A stretch of 64,000 bases of DNA from an uncultured Pseudomonadota bacterium (GTDB taxonomy: Bacteria; Pseudomonadota; Alphaproteobacteria; JACZXZ01): contig CAVVLJ010000017.1 in assembly GCA_963749075.1 (NCBI GenBank), forward strand, positions 896,001-960,000, given 5' to 3'. Positions 50,892 through 60,653 of the stretch are shown here, piece by piece. Numbering within the stretch: position 1 is the stretch's first letter; every line of letters starts with the position of its first letter. The notes beneath the pieces were generated by a model. That model had not been told where the DNA came from. It saw nothing but the letters and a program-made list of their open reading frames with translations, and did not search any database. A program made the translations under genes and the position numbers.

Positions 50892-51989
50892 ATGAAGCTC
50901 GCCCAAATCGCCACCGCGCTTGGCGCCCGCCTGGTCGGCGACGGCGGCATCGAGATCGAGCGCCCGGTCCATCCGGCGGACGCGGAATCGGCGCGCGACC
51001 TGGCGCTTGCCATGGAGCCCGAGACGCTGGCGCTCCTCGCCGGCAGCCCGGTGCGCGCCGCCCTCGTGCGCGACGAGAGCAAGCTCGCGGAGGGACCGCT
51101 CGGCGGCTACATCGTGGTCGGGCGCTCGCGCTACGCCATGGCGCAGCTCCTCGAGCTCTTCCCGCGCCCGCCCCAGGCCGAGCCCGGCATCCATCCGACG
51201 GCGCTCGTCGAAGGCGACGCAGCACTCGGGCGCGACGTGCGGGTGGGCCCCTTCTGCTACATAGGCCCCGGCGTCGAGATCGGCGAGGGCACCACGCTCC
51301 TCGCCCATGTCACGGTCGCTGCAGGGGCCAGGATCGGACGCGGGGGCCTCCTCTATCCCGGCGTGCGCATCGGCGAGCGCGTGGTGGTGGGCGACCGGGT
51401 GATCATCCACCACAATGCCAGCCTGGGCGCCGACGGCTTCAGCTTCGTGAGCCCGGAGGCGGACAACGTCGAGAGCGCCAAGGAGACCGGCGAGATCCAT
51501 CCGAGCAAGCAGGAGCTGGTGCGCGTGAACTCGATCGGCACGGTGGTGCTCGCCGACGACGTCGAGATCGGCGCCTGCGCCTGCGTCGACCGCGGCACGG
51601 TGAGCGCCACGCGGGTCGGCCGCAATACCAAGATCGACGACCTCGTCATGATCGGACATAACTGTGTCATAGGCGAGAATTGTATGCTATGCGGTCAGGT
51701 CGGAATCGCCGGCAGCACGGTGGTCGGCGACCGCGTCGTGCTGGGCGGCAAGGTCGGCGTCGCGGATCATCTGCGCATCGGCAGCGACTCGGTCATCGGC
51801 GGCGGCACCATGATCGGAATCAACGTGCGGCCGAAGTCCCTCCTCATGGGCTGGCCGCCGCAGACGCCGAAGGACACGTTCACCACGCTCCTGACCATCC
51901 GGCGCATCAAGCGGGTCCTGTCGGATCTGGAGGACCTGAAGCGGCGCATGAGCGCGCTCGACGGCGGCGAGGGTGCCGCGGGCGGCTGA
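50892..51989 (+). CDS. lpxD: UDP-3-O-(3-hydroxyacyl)glucosamine N-acyltransferase
   Basis: IHPTALV, hexapeptide repeats, GADGFSF, DRGT and KIDDLVMIGHN. Confidence 0.9.
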   Translation: MKLAQIATALGARLVGDGGIEIERPVHPADAESARDLALAMEPETLALLAGSPVRAALVRDESKLAEGPLGGYIVVGRSRYAMAQLLELFPRPPQAEPGIHPTALVEGDAALGRDVRVGPFCYIGPGVEIGEGTTLLAHVTVAAGARIGRGGLLYPGVRIGERVVVGDRVIIHHNASLGADGFSFVSPEADNVESAKETGEIHPSKQELVRVNSIGTVVLADDVEIGACACVDRGTVSATRVGRNTKIDDLVMIGHNCVIGENCMLCGQVGIAGSTVVGDRVVLGGKVGVADHLRIGSDSVIGGGTMIGINVRPKSLLMGWPPQTPKDTFTTLLTIRRIKRVLSDLEDLKRRMSALDGGEGAAGG

Positions 51990-52023
51990 GCGGCGGGCGG
52001 CGGAGGCAACAAGGGAAGAGTCC

Positions 52024-52305
52024 ATGGCGAGCCTAGAGAACGACGTGCTCGACATCGTCGCCAAGCAGGCCAACATCGACCGCGCCAAGCTGACGCGCGA
52101 TGCCAACCTCGCGGACCTCGACATCCAGTCGCTCGACGTGGTCGAGATCATCTTCGCGCTCGAGGAGAAGTTCGACATCTCGGTGCCCTACAACGCCAAC
52201 GACCCGAGCGGCGCCTCGGCGGGAATGGCGTTCAAGACCATCGGCGACGTGGTCGACGCGATCGCCAAGCTGGTGGGCGAGCGCGACGCCGCGAAATCGG
52301 CTTGA
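52024..52305 (+). CDS. Specialised acyl carrier protein
   Basis: LDIQSLDVVEIIFALEEKFDISVPYNAN; Ppant Ser in a QSL context. Confidence 0.88.
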   Translation: MASLENDVLDIVAKQANIDRAKLTRDANLADLDIQSLDVVEIIFALEEKFDISVPYNANDPSGASAGMAFKTIGDVVDAIAKLVGERDAAKSA

Positions 52306-52364
52306 CGGGGGCGAGTGCGCACCGCGATGACCCCGACCGGCACAGCGAACGACATGCAGGGCGC

Positions 52365-53579
52365 ATGACCCGCGTGGTGGTGACGGGACTCGGCGCCTTC
52401 GCGGCACCCGGGAAGAATGCCGCGGAGTTCGAGGCCTCCATGCGCGCCGGCAAGAGCGCCATCGGGCCGCTCACCTTCATCCGCACCGAGGGGCTTCTCG
52501 TCAAGATCGGCGCGGAGGTGGGCGCCTTCGATCCCAAGCAGCATTTCGACGATACGAAGCTCGCCCTCCTCGACCGCTTCTCCATGTTCGGCGTCATTGC
52601 CGCGCGCGAGGCGGTCGCCGACAGCGGGCTCGCCTTCCGCAACGGGCTCGGTGCGCGCACCGCCGTCATCATCGGCTCCGGCGTGGGCGGCCAGACGACG
52701 CTCGACGACAACTACTACCGCATCTACGCCGAGGGGGCGAAGCGCCTGCATCCCTTCACCATCCCCAAGCTGATGATCAACGCGCCCACCAGCCACATCA
52801 GCATGGAGCACGGCATCACCGGCCCGTCGTTCTCGGTGGCGAGCGCCTGCTCGTCCGCCAACCACGCCATCGGCATCGCCTTCCACATGGTGCGCTCGGG
52901 CGCCGTCGAGGCGGCGGTGACGGGCGGCGCCGAGGCGACGGTGACCTACGGCACCATGAAGGGCTGGGAGGCGCTGCGCGTCATGGCGCCCGACACCTGC
53001 CGGCCCTTCAGCAAGGACCGCAAGGGCATGGTGCTGGGCGAGGGCTCGGCGATCCTGGTGCTCGAGACGCTCGAGCGGGCCAAGGCGCGCGGGGCGCACA
53101 TCCACGGCGAGATCGTCGGCTTCGGCATGAGCTCGGATGCGGGCGACATCGTGCTGCCCGCCGCGAGCGGTGCCGCCGCCGCCATGCAGGCCTGCCTCGC
53201 CGACGGCAAGCTGCAGCCCGAGGAGGTCGGCTACGTCAACGCGCACGGCACCGGCACCGCCGCCAACGACGTGACCGAGACCAAGGCCATCCATATGACC
53301 TTCGGCGCGCACGCCAAGAAGCTGCTCGTCTCCTCGACCAAGTCGATGCACGGCCATGCACTGGGTGCTGCGGGCGCCATCGAGCTCGCCGCCACGCTCC
53401 TCGCACTGCGCGACGGCTTCATCCCGCCCACCGCCAACTTCACCGAAGCGGATCCCCAGTGCGACCTCGACTATGTGCCGAATGCCGCGCGCGAGGTCCA
53501 GGTGGAAGTGGCGATCTCCAATTCCTTCGCCTTCGGCGGTCACAATGCCGTGATCGCGGTGCGCCGCTTCATGGGCTGA
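52365..53579 (+). CDS. Beta-ketoacyl-ACP synthase (FabF/NodE-like)
   Basis: SACSSANH, NAHGTGT, KSMHGH and NSFAFGG motifs; WEALRVMAPDTCRPFS. Confidence 0.92.
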   Translation: MTRVVVTGLGAFAAPGKNAAEFEASMRAGKSAIGPLTFIRTEGLLVKIGAEVGAFDPKQHFDDTKLALLDRFSMFGVIAAREAVADSGLAFRNGLGARTAVIIGSGVGGQTTLDDNYYRIYAEGAKRLHPFTIPKLMINAPTSHISMEHGITGPSFSVASACSSANHAIGIAFHMVRSGAVEAAVTGGAEATVTYGTMKGWEALRVMAPDTCRPFSKDRKGMVLGEGSAILVLETLERAKARGAHIHGEIVGFGMSSDAGDIVLPAASGAAAAMQACLADGKLQPEEVGYVNAHGTGTAANDVTETKAIHMTFGAHAKKLLVSSTKSMHGHALGAAGAIELAATLLALRDGFIPPTANFTEADPQCDLDYVPNAAREVQVEVAISNSFAFGGHNAVIAVRRFMG

Positions 53580-53719
53580 GCTGGCGGCCGCAGGGAAACC
53601 CGCTATGATCGGCAAGCGTCGGCGGTCCCGTGCGCCGGCTTGTCCGAGAGCGATGTGGGGCGCGAATGCGCCGCGGCGCGCTCGCCGGGAGCGCCCGCCA
53701 ACCAGCCGGGGAGTGGATC

Positions 53720-54460
53720 ATGGCAAAGTGTCGCGTGGCCGGTCTCGCGCGCCGGGATTTTCTCCGCCTTAGCGCAAGCGGCGCCGTGCTGCTCGCGGGC
53801 TCGCCGCTCGCAGCCCTCGCCGCCGATCCGCCGCTCAAGATCGGCACCATCGGCGCCGGGCATATCGGCGGCACGCTCGGCACGCTCTGGGTGCACGCCG
53901 GTCACCCGGTGACGTTCTCCTCGCGCAATCCCGAGGAGCTCAAGGGCCTGGTCGACGGCCTCGGCGCCCTGGCCCATGCCGGCACGGTCGCCGAAGCCAT
54001 CGCCTTCGCGGACGTGATCCTGCTCGCCGTGCCCTACAAGGCGATCCCCGACATCGGCAAGGAGTTCGCGACGGCGCTCGCCGCCAAGTCCCTCGTCCTC
54101 AACGCGAGCAATCCAATTGTGGCGCGCGACGGCGATATCGCGACCCGGGCGCGCGAGAAGGGCACCGGCCTCGCCACGGCGGAGATGCTGCCCGGGGCGC
54201 ATCTGGTGCGCGGCTTCAACGCGATCAATTATATGAAGCTGAAGGAAGATGCCAACCGCCAGGGCGGCCTGATCGGGGTGCCGCTCGCGGGCGACGACCA
54301 GAAAGCCCTCGCATTGGCCTCGAACCTGGTGCGCGAGATCGGCTTCGAGCCCGTGGTGGTCGGGCCGCTCGCCATGGGCAAGTATCTCATCCCGGGAACG
54401 CCGCTCGCGGGCGAGCACACGGCGGAGGAGATCCGCAAGATCGTGGCGACGCTCCACTGA
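53720..54460 (+). CDS. NADPH-dependent F420 reductase-like oxidoreductase with Tat signal
   Basis: RRDFL twin-Arg; GTIGAGHIG Rossmann motif; LAVP, ASNP, VRGFN and AGDD. Confidence 0.82.
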   Translation: MAKCRVAGLARRDFLRLSASGAVLLAGSPLAALAADPPLKIGTIGAGHIGGTLGTLWVHAGHPVTFSSRNPEELKGLVDGLGALAHAGTVAEAIAFADVILLAVPYKAIPDIGKEFATALAAKSLVLNASNPIVARDGDIATRAREKGTGLATAEMLPGAHLVRGFNAINYMKLKEDANRQGGLIGVPLAGDDQKALALASNLVREIGFEPVVVGPLAMGKYLIPGTPLAGEHTAEEIRKIVATLH

Positions 54461-54495
54461 GCGCTGCCCGGTCAAGCGGCGTTACCGCTCCAGTC

Positions 54496-54546
54496 GTCAT
54501 TCCCGCGAAAGCGGCAATCCATCGGCTCCGGACCCCCGCTTTCGCG
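54496..54546. repeat. REP-like element, left part (interrupted by IS)
   Basis: GTCATTCCCGCGAAAGCGG...GGACCCCCGCTTTCGCG; the remainder GGGGTGAC lies at 56041-56048. Confidence 0.8.
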
Positions 54547-56030
54547 CTAGTAGATGCACACATCTTGGTGCGGCAAAGTGACTCAGCGCGATATTTTGGG
54601 GTATCGCCAACATGATTTTGTGTGATTCTCTTTCCGGCACTTCGATTTTTGAGGAGTGCCGCGATGTCGGACGCGCAGTATTGGCCGGGTCGGTTTGGGG
54701 ATCGTCGCCTCGAAAAAGGGGGGCGGCTTTGCTCAAGGGCATGGTTGCGCGTGAAAGCAGCTGCTTGCGGCGAGCGGCCGGCGGCGAGCGCCGCGCGATC
54801 GTGCGTTACGGCCGGCTTCTTGCGAACCCCAAGGTAACGGTGGAGGCATTGCTCGCTGGCTGGGGCGAGCAGACCGCGCGCGCGGCCAGCGGGCGGCACG
54901 TGCTGGCGATCCAGGACACCAGCGAGATCGGTTTCCGGACGACGGCCGAGCGGCGGCGCGGGTTGGGCGAGATCGGCAAAGGCGTGGGGCGGGGCTTGCT
55001 GCTGCACGCGATGCTGGCGCTCGATGCCGAGACTGACGGCTGTCTCGGCCTCGTCGCCGGCCAGCTCTGGACGCGCCAGGGCCGCATCACGACGCCGCAT
55101 AACGAGCGGCCGCTGGCCGCCAAGGAATCGCAGCGCTGGCTCAGGACGGCCGAGCAGGCCAAAGAGGTCCTGTCCGCTGCCGCGATGGTGACCGTGATCG
55201 CCGATCGCGAGAGCGATATCTACGCGGAATGGGCGACGCTGCCGAGTGCGGGCTTTCATTTGCTGACGCGCTCGATGCAGGACCGTCTGCTGGCCGATGG
55301 CCGAACGCTCTATGCCGCAGGGGCGGCAATGCCGCTCGCCGCGCACACAAGCGTTTCGCTCATGGCGCGCGCCAATCGGCCGGCGCGCCAAGCCACGCTG
55401 GCGTTGCGCTTCGGGCCGGTCACGCTGCGCAGACCGCAGAGCCCAGGCGAGCACGGATTGCCAATGTGGGTCGCCCTCAGGCTGGTGGAGGTCGTCGAAT
55501 GCGACCCGCCGGCCGATGCCGAGCCGCTGCACTGGCGGCTGCTCACAACCCACGAGGTCGGCGATACGGCAGCCGCTTGGCGCATCGTCGATTGGTACAA
55601 GAAACGCTGGACGATCGAGCAGCTCTTCCGAACCCTCAAGCTCCAAGGGCTCAAGCTGGAAGACAGTCGGCTCGAGAGCGCCGAACGCTTGCTCAAGCTG
55701 GCCGCCATCGCGACCAAGGCTGCCGCCATTACCCTGCAGCTCGTGCAGGCGCGTGACGGGCAAAATGCCGCGGCGGCCAGCATCGCCTTCAACCCAGATC
55801 AAATCCAAGCCCTCATCGCACTCGATGCGACATACCGCGGCAGGACAAAACTCCAAAGCAATCCCCATCCACCGCGAAGTCTCGCCTGGGCGGCCTGGAT
55901 CATCGCCCGCCTCGGCGGATGGGACGGATACCCACGCACCAAGCCCGGGCCAATCACCTTCAAGCATGGCCTCGAATACTTCCTCGCCGTCGCCCACGGA
56001 TGGACCCTCAAAAATGTGTGAATCAACTAG
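54547..56030 (+). mobile_element. IS4 family insertion sequence (IS50/Tn5-like transposase), 1484 bp
   Basis: TIRs CTAGTAGATGCACACATCTT and CTAGTTGATTCACACATTTT (17/20); 10-bp TSD CGCTTTCGCG at 54537-54546 and 56031-56040. Confidence 0.93.
54664..56021 (+). CDS. IS4 family DDE transposase requiring a -1 shift at A5G6 (54713-54723)
   Basis: GAGGAG RBS and MSDAQYWPGRFGDRRLEK, then -1 frame RGAALL..IQDTSE..ADRESD..YKKRWTIEQLFRTLK (YREK)..IARLGGW. Confidence 0.88.
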
Positions 56031-56113
56031 CGCTTTCGCGGGGGTGACGAGAGAGCTGGTTCCACCTAATCGAGACATGCTCCGGCCGCGAGGCGGGCTT
56101 CGCCGCGGCAGCC

Positions 56114-57088
56114 TCAGTGGAGGTGGGGCTTCTTGAGGAAGTCCTCGCGGTTGGCCGAGCCGATGCGCACGTCGAAGCTGTCGCCCTCGCGCATGAGGGT
56201 GAGCGGCACCTCGGTGCCGGCGGGGCCGAGCGCCCAGATCTTGCGGTAGAGATCGGCCAAGCCCGTGACGCGCGCGCCGGCCACGGCGACGATGCGGTCG
56301 CCGGCGCGGATCTGGGCGCGGTGCGCCGGCCCGTTGCGCGCCAGGCTCACCACCGTCGGGCCCTCGCCCGCCTCCGTCGTGTACATGCCGAGCCAGGGCC
56401 GCGGCGGGCGGTTGCTGCGCCCGAAGCGCAGCAGGTCCTCGAAGATGGGATCGAGGAGATCGATCGGCACGATCATGTTGGCGTCGACCTGCTCGCCCGA
56501 TTCCGCGACCCCTTGCACGAGGAGCGAGCCGATGCCGAGGAGCTTGCCGTCGCGGCCGATAAGGGCGGCACCGCCCCATTGCGGATGGGCGGGAAGCGTG
56601 AAGATCGCCTCGTCGAGCACGTATTCCCAGTAGCCGGCGAACTCGCGCTTGGATGCGATGCGCGCCTGGAGCGCGTGGCGAGGGCCGCCGTGGCCGGCCA
56701 CGATGACGAGATCGCCTACCGCGCAGGCCTCCGAGCCGCCGCGCTCGAGCGCCGGCACGTCGAGCCGGCCGAGCGCCTGCACGAGCCCGAAGCCCGTCGA
56801 CTGGTCGTAGGCCAGCACGTGGCCGGGTGCCGCACCGCCTCTGCTCGTGGTGAGCCAGACGGTCGCCGCCTCCGAGATCAGGTAGCCGATGGTGAGCACG
56901 AGGCCGTCTTCGCGGATGACGACGCCGTTGCCGTCGCGCTCGGTGCCCAAGGTGGCGGCGGTGAAGGCGTCCTGCGGCACCTCGGCGCGCAGATGCACCA
57001 CGGCGGAAAGCGCCGCCTCGAGGTCGAAGGCCACGTCCTTGACGTTCGGCCGGACCTCCGAGGGAAATTCCCAATCGCGTGACGCCAC
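56114..57088 (-). CDS. S1C/HtrA-like trypsin-PDZ protein with degenerate catalytic motifs
   Basis: GNGVVI, LTIGYLI (no TNxH), HPQWGGAAL (no GNSGG); PDZ PWLG..GPAHRAQIRAGD. Confidence 0.8.
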   Translation of the reverse strand: MASRDWEFPSEVRPNVKDVAFDLEAALSAVVHLRAEVPQDAFTAATLGTERDGNGVVIREDGLVLTIGYLISEAATVWLTTSRGGAAPGHVLAYDQSTGFGLVQALGRLDVPALERGGSEACAVGDLVIVAGHGGPRHALQARIASKREFAGYWEYVLDEAIFTLPAHPQWGGAALIGRDGKLLGIGSLLVQGVAESGEQVDANMIVPIDLLDPIFEDLLRFGRSNRPPRPWLGMYTTEAGEGPTVVSLARNGPAHRAQIRAGDRIVAVAGARVTGLADLYRKIWALGPAGTEVPLTLMREGDSFDVRIGSANREDFLKKPHLH

Positions 57089-57192
57089 GGCTCCGAAGCC
57101 TCCTCAGCTCCCGCACTCCGCCAAGGAGTTTACCACGAGCCGTCGTGGAAGATGAGACAAGTTTATCGAGCGCGCGCCGCCGCGGCCGGCCC

Positions 57193-57819
57193 TCACTCGA
57201 GCGGGATCATGACGTTGGTCTGGTAGGCCTTGAGCGCCGTAAGCCGCTTGTACCACGCCGCGAGGTGCGGCATCTCCGGCCGCTCGACGGGCAAGACGTA
57301 CCAGCGGTGGACCGAGATGCCGCAGGCTACGTCGGCGAGCGAGAGCTCCTCGCCGCTGAGGAAAGGTCCCGCCGCGAGCGGCGCATCGGCCATGCGCCAG
57401 AGCGTCGCCGTGCGTTGGCGCGCCGCCTCGATCGCCGCCATGTCGCGCTTCTCGGGCGGCGTGCGCACGAAGCCGAGGAAGATCGGCGTGATCGCGGGAT
57501 TGAGATGGGCAAGCTGCCAGTCCATCCAGCGTTCCACCTTGGCCGCCGCCGCGAGGTCCTCGGGGTAGAGGGCGCCGTGACCGTATCTCTTCGCAAGATA
57601 GCGGATGATCGTATTGGACTCCCAGAGCACGAGCCCGCCGTCCTCGACGGTCGGCACCAGGCCGTTCGGATTGAGCGCGCGATACTTCGGATCGTTGTTG
57701 CCGCCGAAGGGTCCGCCGATGTCGATGCGCTCGAAGGAAATGCCGAGCGCGTCGCAGCACCACAGCACCTTCTGCACGTTGGACGATGTCTTGCGTCCCC
57801 AGATCTTGAGCTTGGCCAT
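57193..57819 (-). CDS. Glutathione S-transferase family protein
   Basis: WGRKTSSNVQKV, NPNGLVP and LWESNTIIRYL. Confidence 0.9.
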   Translation of the reverse strand: MAKLKIWGRKTSSNVQKVLWCCDALGISFERIDIGGPFGGNNDPKYRALNPNGLVPTVEDGGLVLWESNTIIRYLAKRYGHGALYPEDLAAAAKVERWMDWQLAHLNPAITPIFLGFVRTPPEKRDMAAIEAARQRTATLWRMADAPLAAGPFLSGEELSLADVACGISVHRWYVLPVERPEMPHLAAWYKRLTALKAYQTNVMIPLE

Positions 57820-57866
57820 GCAGGTGTTCTCCCTAAGCGGTGTTCCGCGCGAGCGTCGGAGCGGCG

Positions 57867-58919
57867 TCACGCCGTCAGCACGGCGCGCCCGACGACACGG
57901 CCGGCCTTGAGGTCCTCGAGCGCCGCATAGGCTTCGCTGAGCGGCCTCTTGCGGATGGGGATGGGCGGCACTTTCTCCCGCCGCACGAGCTCGAGGAGCT
58001 CGCGGAGCTCGGCGAGGCTGCCGACGTAGGAGCCCTCTATGGTCAGCGCGCGCTGCGGAATGCTGGGCAGCGGCAGCGTGATGTCGCCGCCGAAGAGGCC
58101 GACGACGATGAGCTTGCCGCCTTTGCCGAAGCAGTCGATGGCGAGCTGTGCCGTGGCGCGCGAGCCCACCAGGTCGATGGCCGTCCACACCGTGCCGCCC
58201 ACAGCCTCCCGGATCGCCTGGACGGCGTCGGGGGCGGCGCCGTCGACGGCGGCGAGGGCGCCCGCCTTGAGTGCCGCCGCACGCTTCGCCGGATCGATGT
58301 CGACGACGACGGCGCCCCGCCCCTTCATGGCCTTGAGCAGGAGCAGGCACATGAGCCCGAGGCCGCCCGCGCCGATGACGACGGTCGGCTTCTCGGCAAG
58401 CCGCGGGCCGACCTTGCGCAGCGCCGAATAGGTGGTGAGCCCCGAGCAGGCATAGGGCGCCGCCTCGCTCGCCTCCATGTCCGACACGTCGAGCAGATAG
58501 CGCGGATGCGGCACCAGGAGATGGTCGCTGTAGCCGCCCGGGCGCTGGATGCCGAGGAAGCGCGGCGCCAGGCAGAGCTGCTCCTCCCCCATGCGGCAGA
58601 CCTCGCAAGCGCCGCAGCCGATCCAGGGATAGGCAAGGCAGCGCTGGCCGAGCTTGAGCCCGCTCGCCTCGGGCCCGAGGGCGGCGACCTCGCCCACCGT
58701 CTCGTGACCGAGCGTGTGCGGCAGCTTCATGCCGCGCTCGGCCATCATGAGCTTCCTGCCGCCGCCGAGGTCGAAGTAGCCCTCCCAGATATGGAGATCG
58801 CTGTGGCACACGCCGGCAGCGGTCACGCGCAGCAGCACCTCGCTGCCGCGCGGCGCCGGCGTTGCGCGGTCGAACGGCTGCAAGGGAGCGCCCCATGCGG
58901 TGATGTCGTAGCTGCGCAT
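57867..58919 (-). CDS. Zinc-dependent alcohol dehydrogenase
   Basis: GVCHSD, GHE, CGACEVC..C and GAGGLG motifs. Confidence 0.92.
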   Translation of the reverse strand: MRSYDITAWGAPLQPFDRATPAPRGSEVLLRVTAAGVCHSDLHIWEGYFDLGGGRKLMMAERGMKLPHTLGHETVGEVAALGPEASGLKLGQRCLAYPWIGCGACEVCRMGEEQLCLAPRFLGIQRPGGYSDHLLVPHPRYLLDVSDMEASEAAPYACSGLTTYSALRKVGPRLAEKPTVVIGAGGLGLMCLLLLKAMKGRGAVVVDIDPAKRAAALKAGALAAVDGAAPDAVQAIREAVGGTVWTAIDLVGSRATAQLAIDCFGKGGKLIVVGLFGGDITLPLPSIPQRALTIEGSYVGSLAELRELLELVRREKVPPIPIRKRPLSEAYAALEDLKAGRVVGRAVLTA

Positions 58920-59102
58920 CCTGGCCTCCCCTCGCTGCCCGCCTCTCGCGGCAGAGCCTTGCGCTATCGAGCGCACTCGGCCCGTCCCAGTCAAGAGCGA
59001 AGGTTGCGGCCGGAGAGCACCTTGGCTCTGGACTTGGCACGACCGCCACCCGCAGGATGGCGGCGGAAGAGGAGCCAACCGGCTTGCAGGGAAGGGCGGC
59101 AC

Positions 59103-59990
59103 ATGGACGAACGCCTCGGATTCATCGGCATGGGTGCCATGGGGGCGCCGATGGCGGGCCGCCTCAGGAAAGCGGGCTATGCCGTGACGGTGTGGAACCG
59201 CGCAGGCGGGAAGACGGCGCCGCTCATTGCCCTTGGCGCCGCCCAAGGCCTCGACCCCGCGGACGTGCTGGCCAGGAGCGACGTCGTCCATCTCTGCGTC
59301 TTCGACACGGCCGCTGTGGAGGCCGTGACGTTCGGCCCGCGCGGCCTCGCCGCGGCAGGGCCCCAGGCGGAGAAGCTCATCGTCGATCATTCGAGCATCG
59401 AGCCCGCGGCCACGCGCCGCATCGCGGCGCGGCTCAGCCGCGAGATCGGCGCCGGCTGGGTCGATGCGCCGGTCACGGGCGGCGTGCCCGGAGCCGAGGC
59501 CGGCACGCTCGCCATCATGGCGGGAGGCGAGCCCGCCGACATCGCCCGCCTTCGCCCCATTCTCGCCCATGTCTCCCAGCGCTTGACCCACATGGGAGCC
59601 GTGGGCGCCGGCCAGATCACCAAGCTCTGCAACCAGATGATGGTGGGCGGCACCATGGCGCTCATCGCCGAGATGCTGCAGATCGCCGCGAGCGGCGGGC
59701 TGGCGCTCGAGCGCCTGCCCGAGTGCCTCGCCGGCGGCTACGCCAATTCCGTCATCCTGCAGAACTTCGCCCTTGCCATGGCGGCGGGCGGCGTCAAGTC
59801 GGGCAATCTCGTCACCACCTTGCTCAAGGACCTCGGCAATGCCTGCGCCTTCGGCGACGGCACGGCCACGCCGATGCCGATGACGGCGCTCGCCGCGCAA
59901 CTTTACCGCACGCTCTACGTTAACCATGGCGGCGCCCACGACGGCCTCGGGGTTCTGCGGCTTTACCGCTCGCGCGCCTTGGCCGGGTGA
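59103..59990 (+). CDS. NAD(P)-dependent beta-hydroxyacid dehydrogenase (3-hydroxyisobutyrate DH family)
   Basis: GFIGMGAMG, DAPVTGG, KLCNQ and KDL motifs. Confidence 0.9.
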   Translation: MDERLGFIGMGAMGAPMAGRLRKAGYAVTVWNRAGGKTAPLIALGAAQGLDPADVLARSDVVHLCVFDTAAVEAVTFGPRGLAAAGPQAEKLIVDHSSIEPAATRRIAARLSREIGAGWVDAPVTGGVPGAEAGTLAIMAGGEPADIARLRPILAHVSQRLTHMGAVGAGQITKLCNQMMVGGTMALIAEMLQIAASGGLALERLPECLAGGYANSVILQNFALAMAAGGVKSGNLVTTLLKDLGNACAFGDGTATPMPMTALAAQLYRTLYVNHGGAHDGLGVLRLYRSRALAG

Positions 59991-60024
59991 CGCGGGAGCG
60001 GCCGGCCCCCGCTCCCGCATTCCC

Positions 60025-60642
60025 TCAGGCGCTGCCCAGCACCCCGTGAAGGAATTGCCGGATGAGGCGCTCCGCGATGGCTTCGATCTCTCGCACCGGC
60101 TTCCCTTCGTACCAATGGAGCGCGCCGTTCGCGAGGGCGAGGAGGCCGATGGCCGCGGCCTTCACGTCGAAGCCGGCGGGAAGCTCGCCGGCTACAACGG
60201 CGCGGCGGAAGATGTCCTCCCAGAGGCGGTGATAGTCTTCGGCCAGGGCCTTGAGCTCGGGCAGCACGGCTTCCGGCAGATTGCACCTCGCGAAGGTGAA
60301 GGCCGCCGCAAGATAGGAGCGGTTGTGCGTGAAATGCAGCATCATGCCCGCGCGGACCTTCTCCGCGATCGGCCGCCCGCTTTCCAGCACGACCGCAAGG
60401 CGCGCGTTGAATGTGGCACCCTCCTCGCGGCACACCTCGGCCAGCGCCGCCTCCTTGGAGGGCACGTAGTAATAGAGGCTGCCGGGGAGGAGGCCGATGC
60501 GCTCGCCGATGTCGCGCGTGGTGGCCTCGTGGAAGCCCTTTTCCGAGAACACGGCCGCCGCGGCCGCGATGACCTCGCGGCGGCGCCGGTTGCGCTTCTC
60601 GGCACTCCGTCCTTTGGCGCTCGCCGTCATCCTCTCTGGCAT
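60025..60642 (-). CDS. TetR family regulator (KstR2-like C-terminus)
   Basis: VFSEKGFHEATTRDIG..GSLYYYVPSKE HTH; alternative start at 60630. Confidence 0.88.
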   Translation of the reverse strand: MPERMTASAKGRSAEKRNRRRREVIAAAAAVFSEKGFHEATTRDIGERIGLLPGSLYYYVPSKEAALAEVCREEGATFNARLAVVLESGRPIAEKVRAGMMLHFTHNRSYLAAAFTFARCNLPEAVLPELKALAEDYHRLWEDIFRRAVVAGELPAGFDVKAAAIGLLALANGALHWYEGKPVREIEAIAERLIRQFLHGVLGSA

Positions 60643-60653
60643 CCCCGGCCCCG

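Noticed and set aside
52024-53579. Nodulation (nodFE) symbiosis locus or type II PKS
   Set aside because: No nodABC or nod box and no chain-length factor or cyclase; linkage to lpxD points to lipid A.
59034-59055. Sigma54 promoter at TTGGCAC
   Set aside because: No TTGC -12 element at the required spacing.
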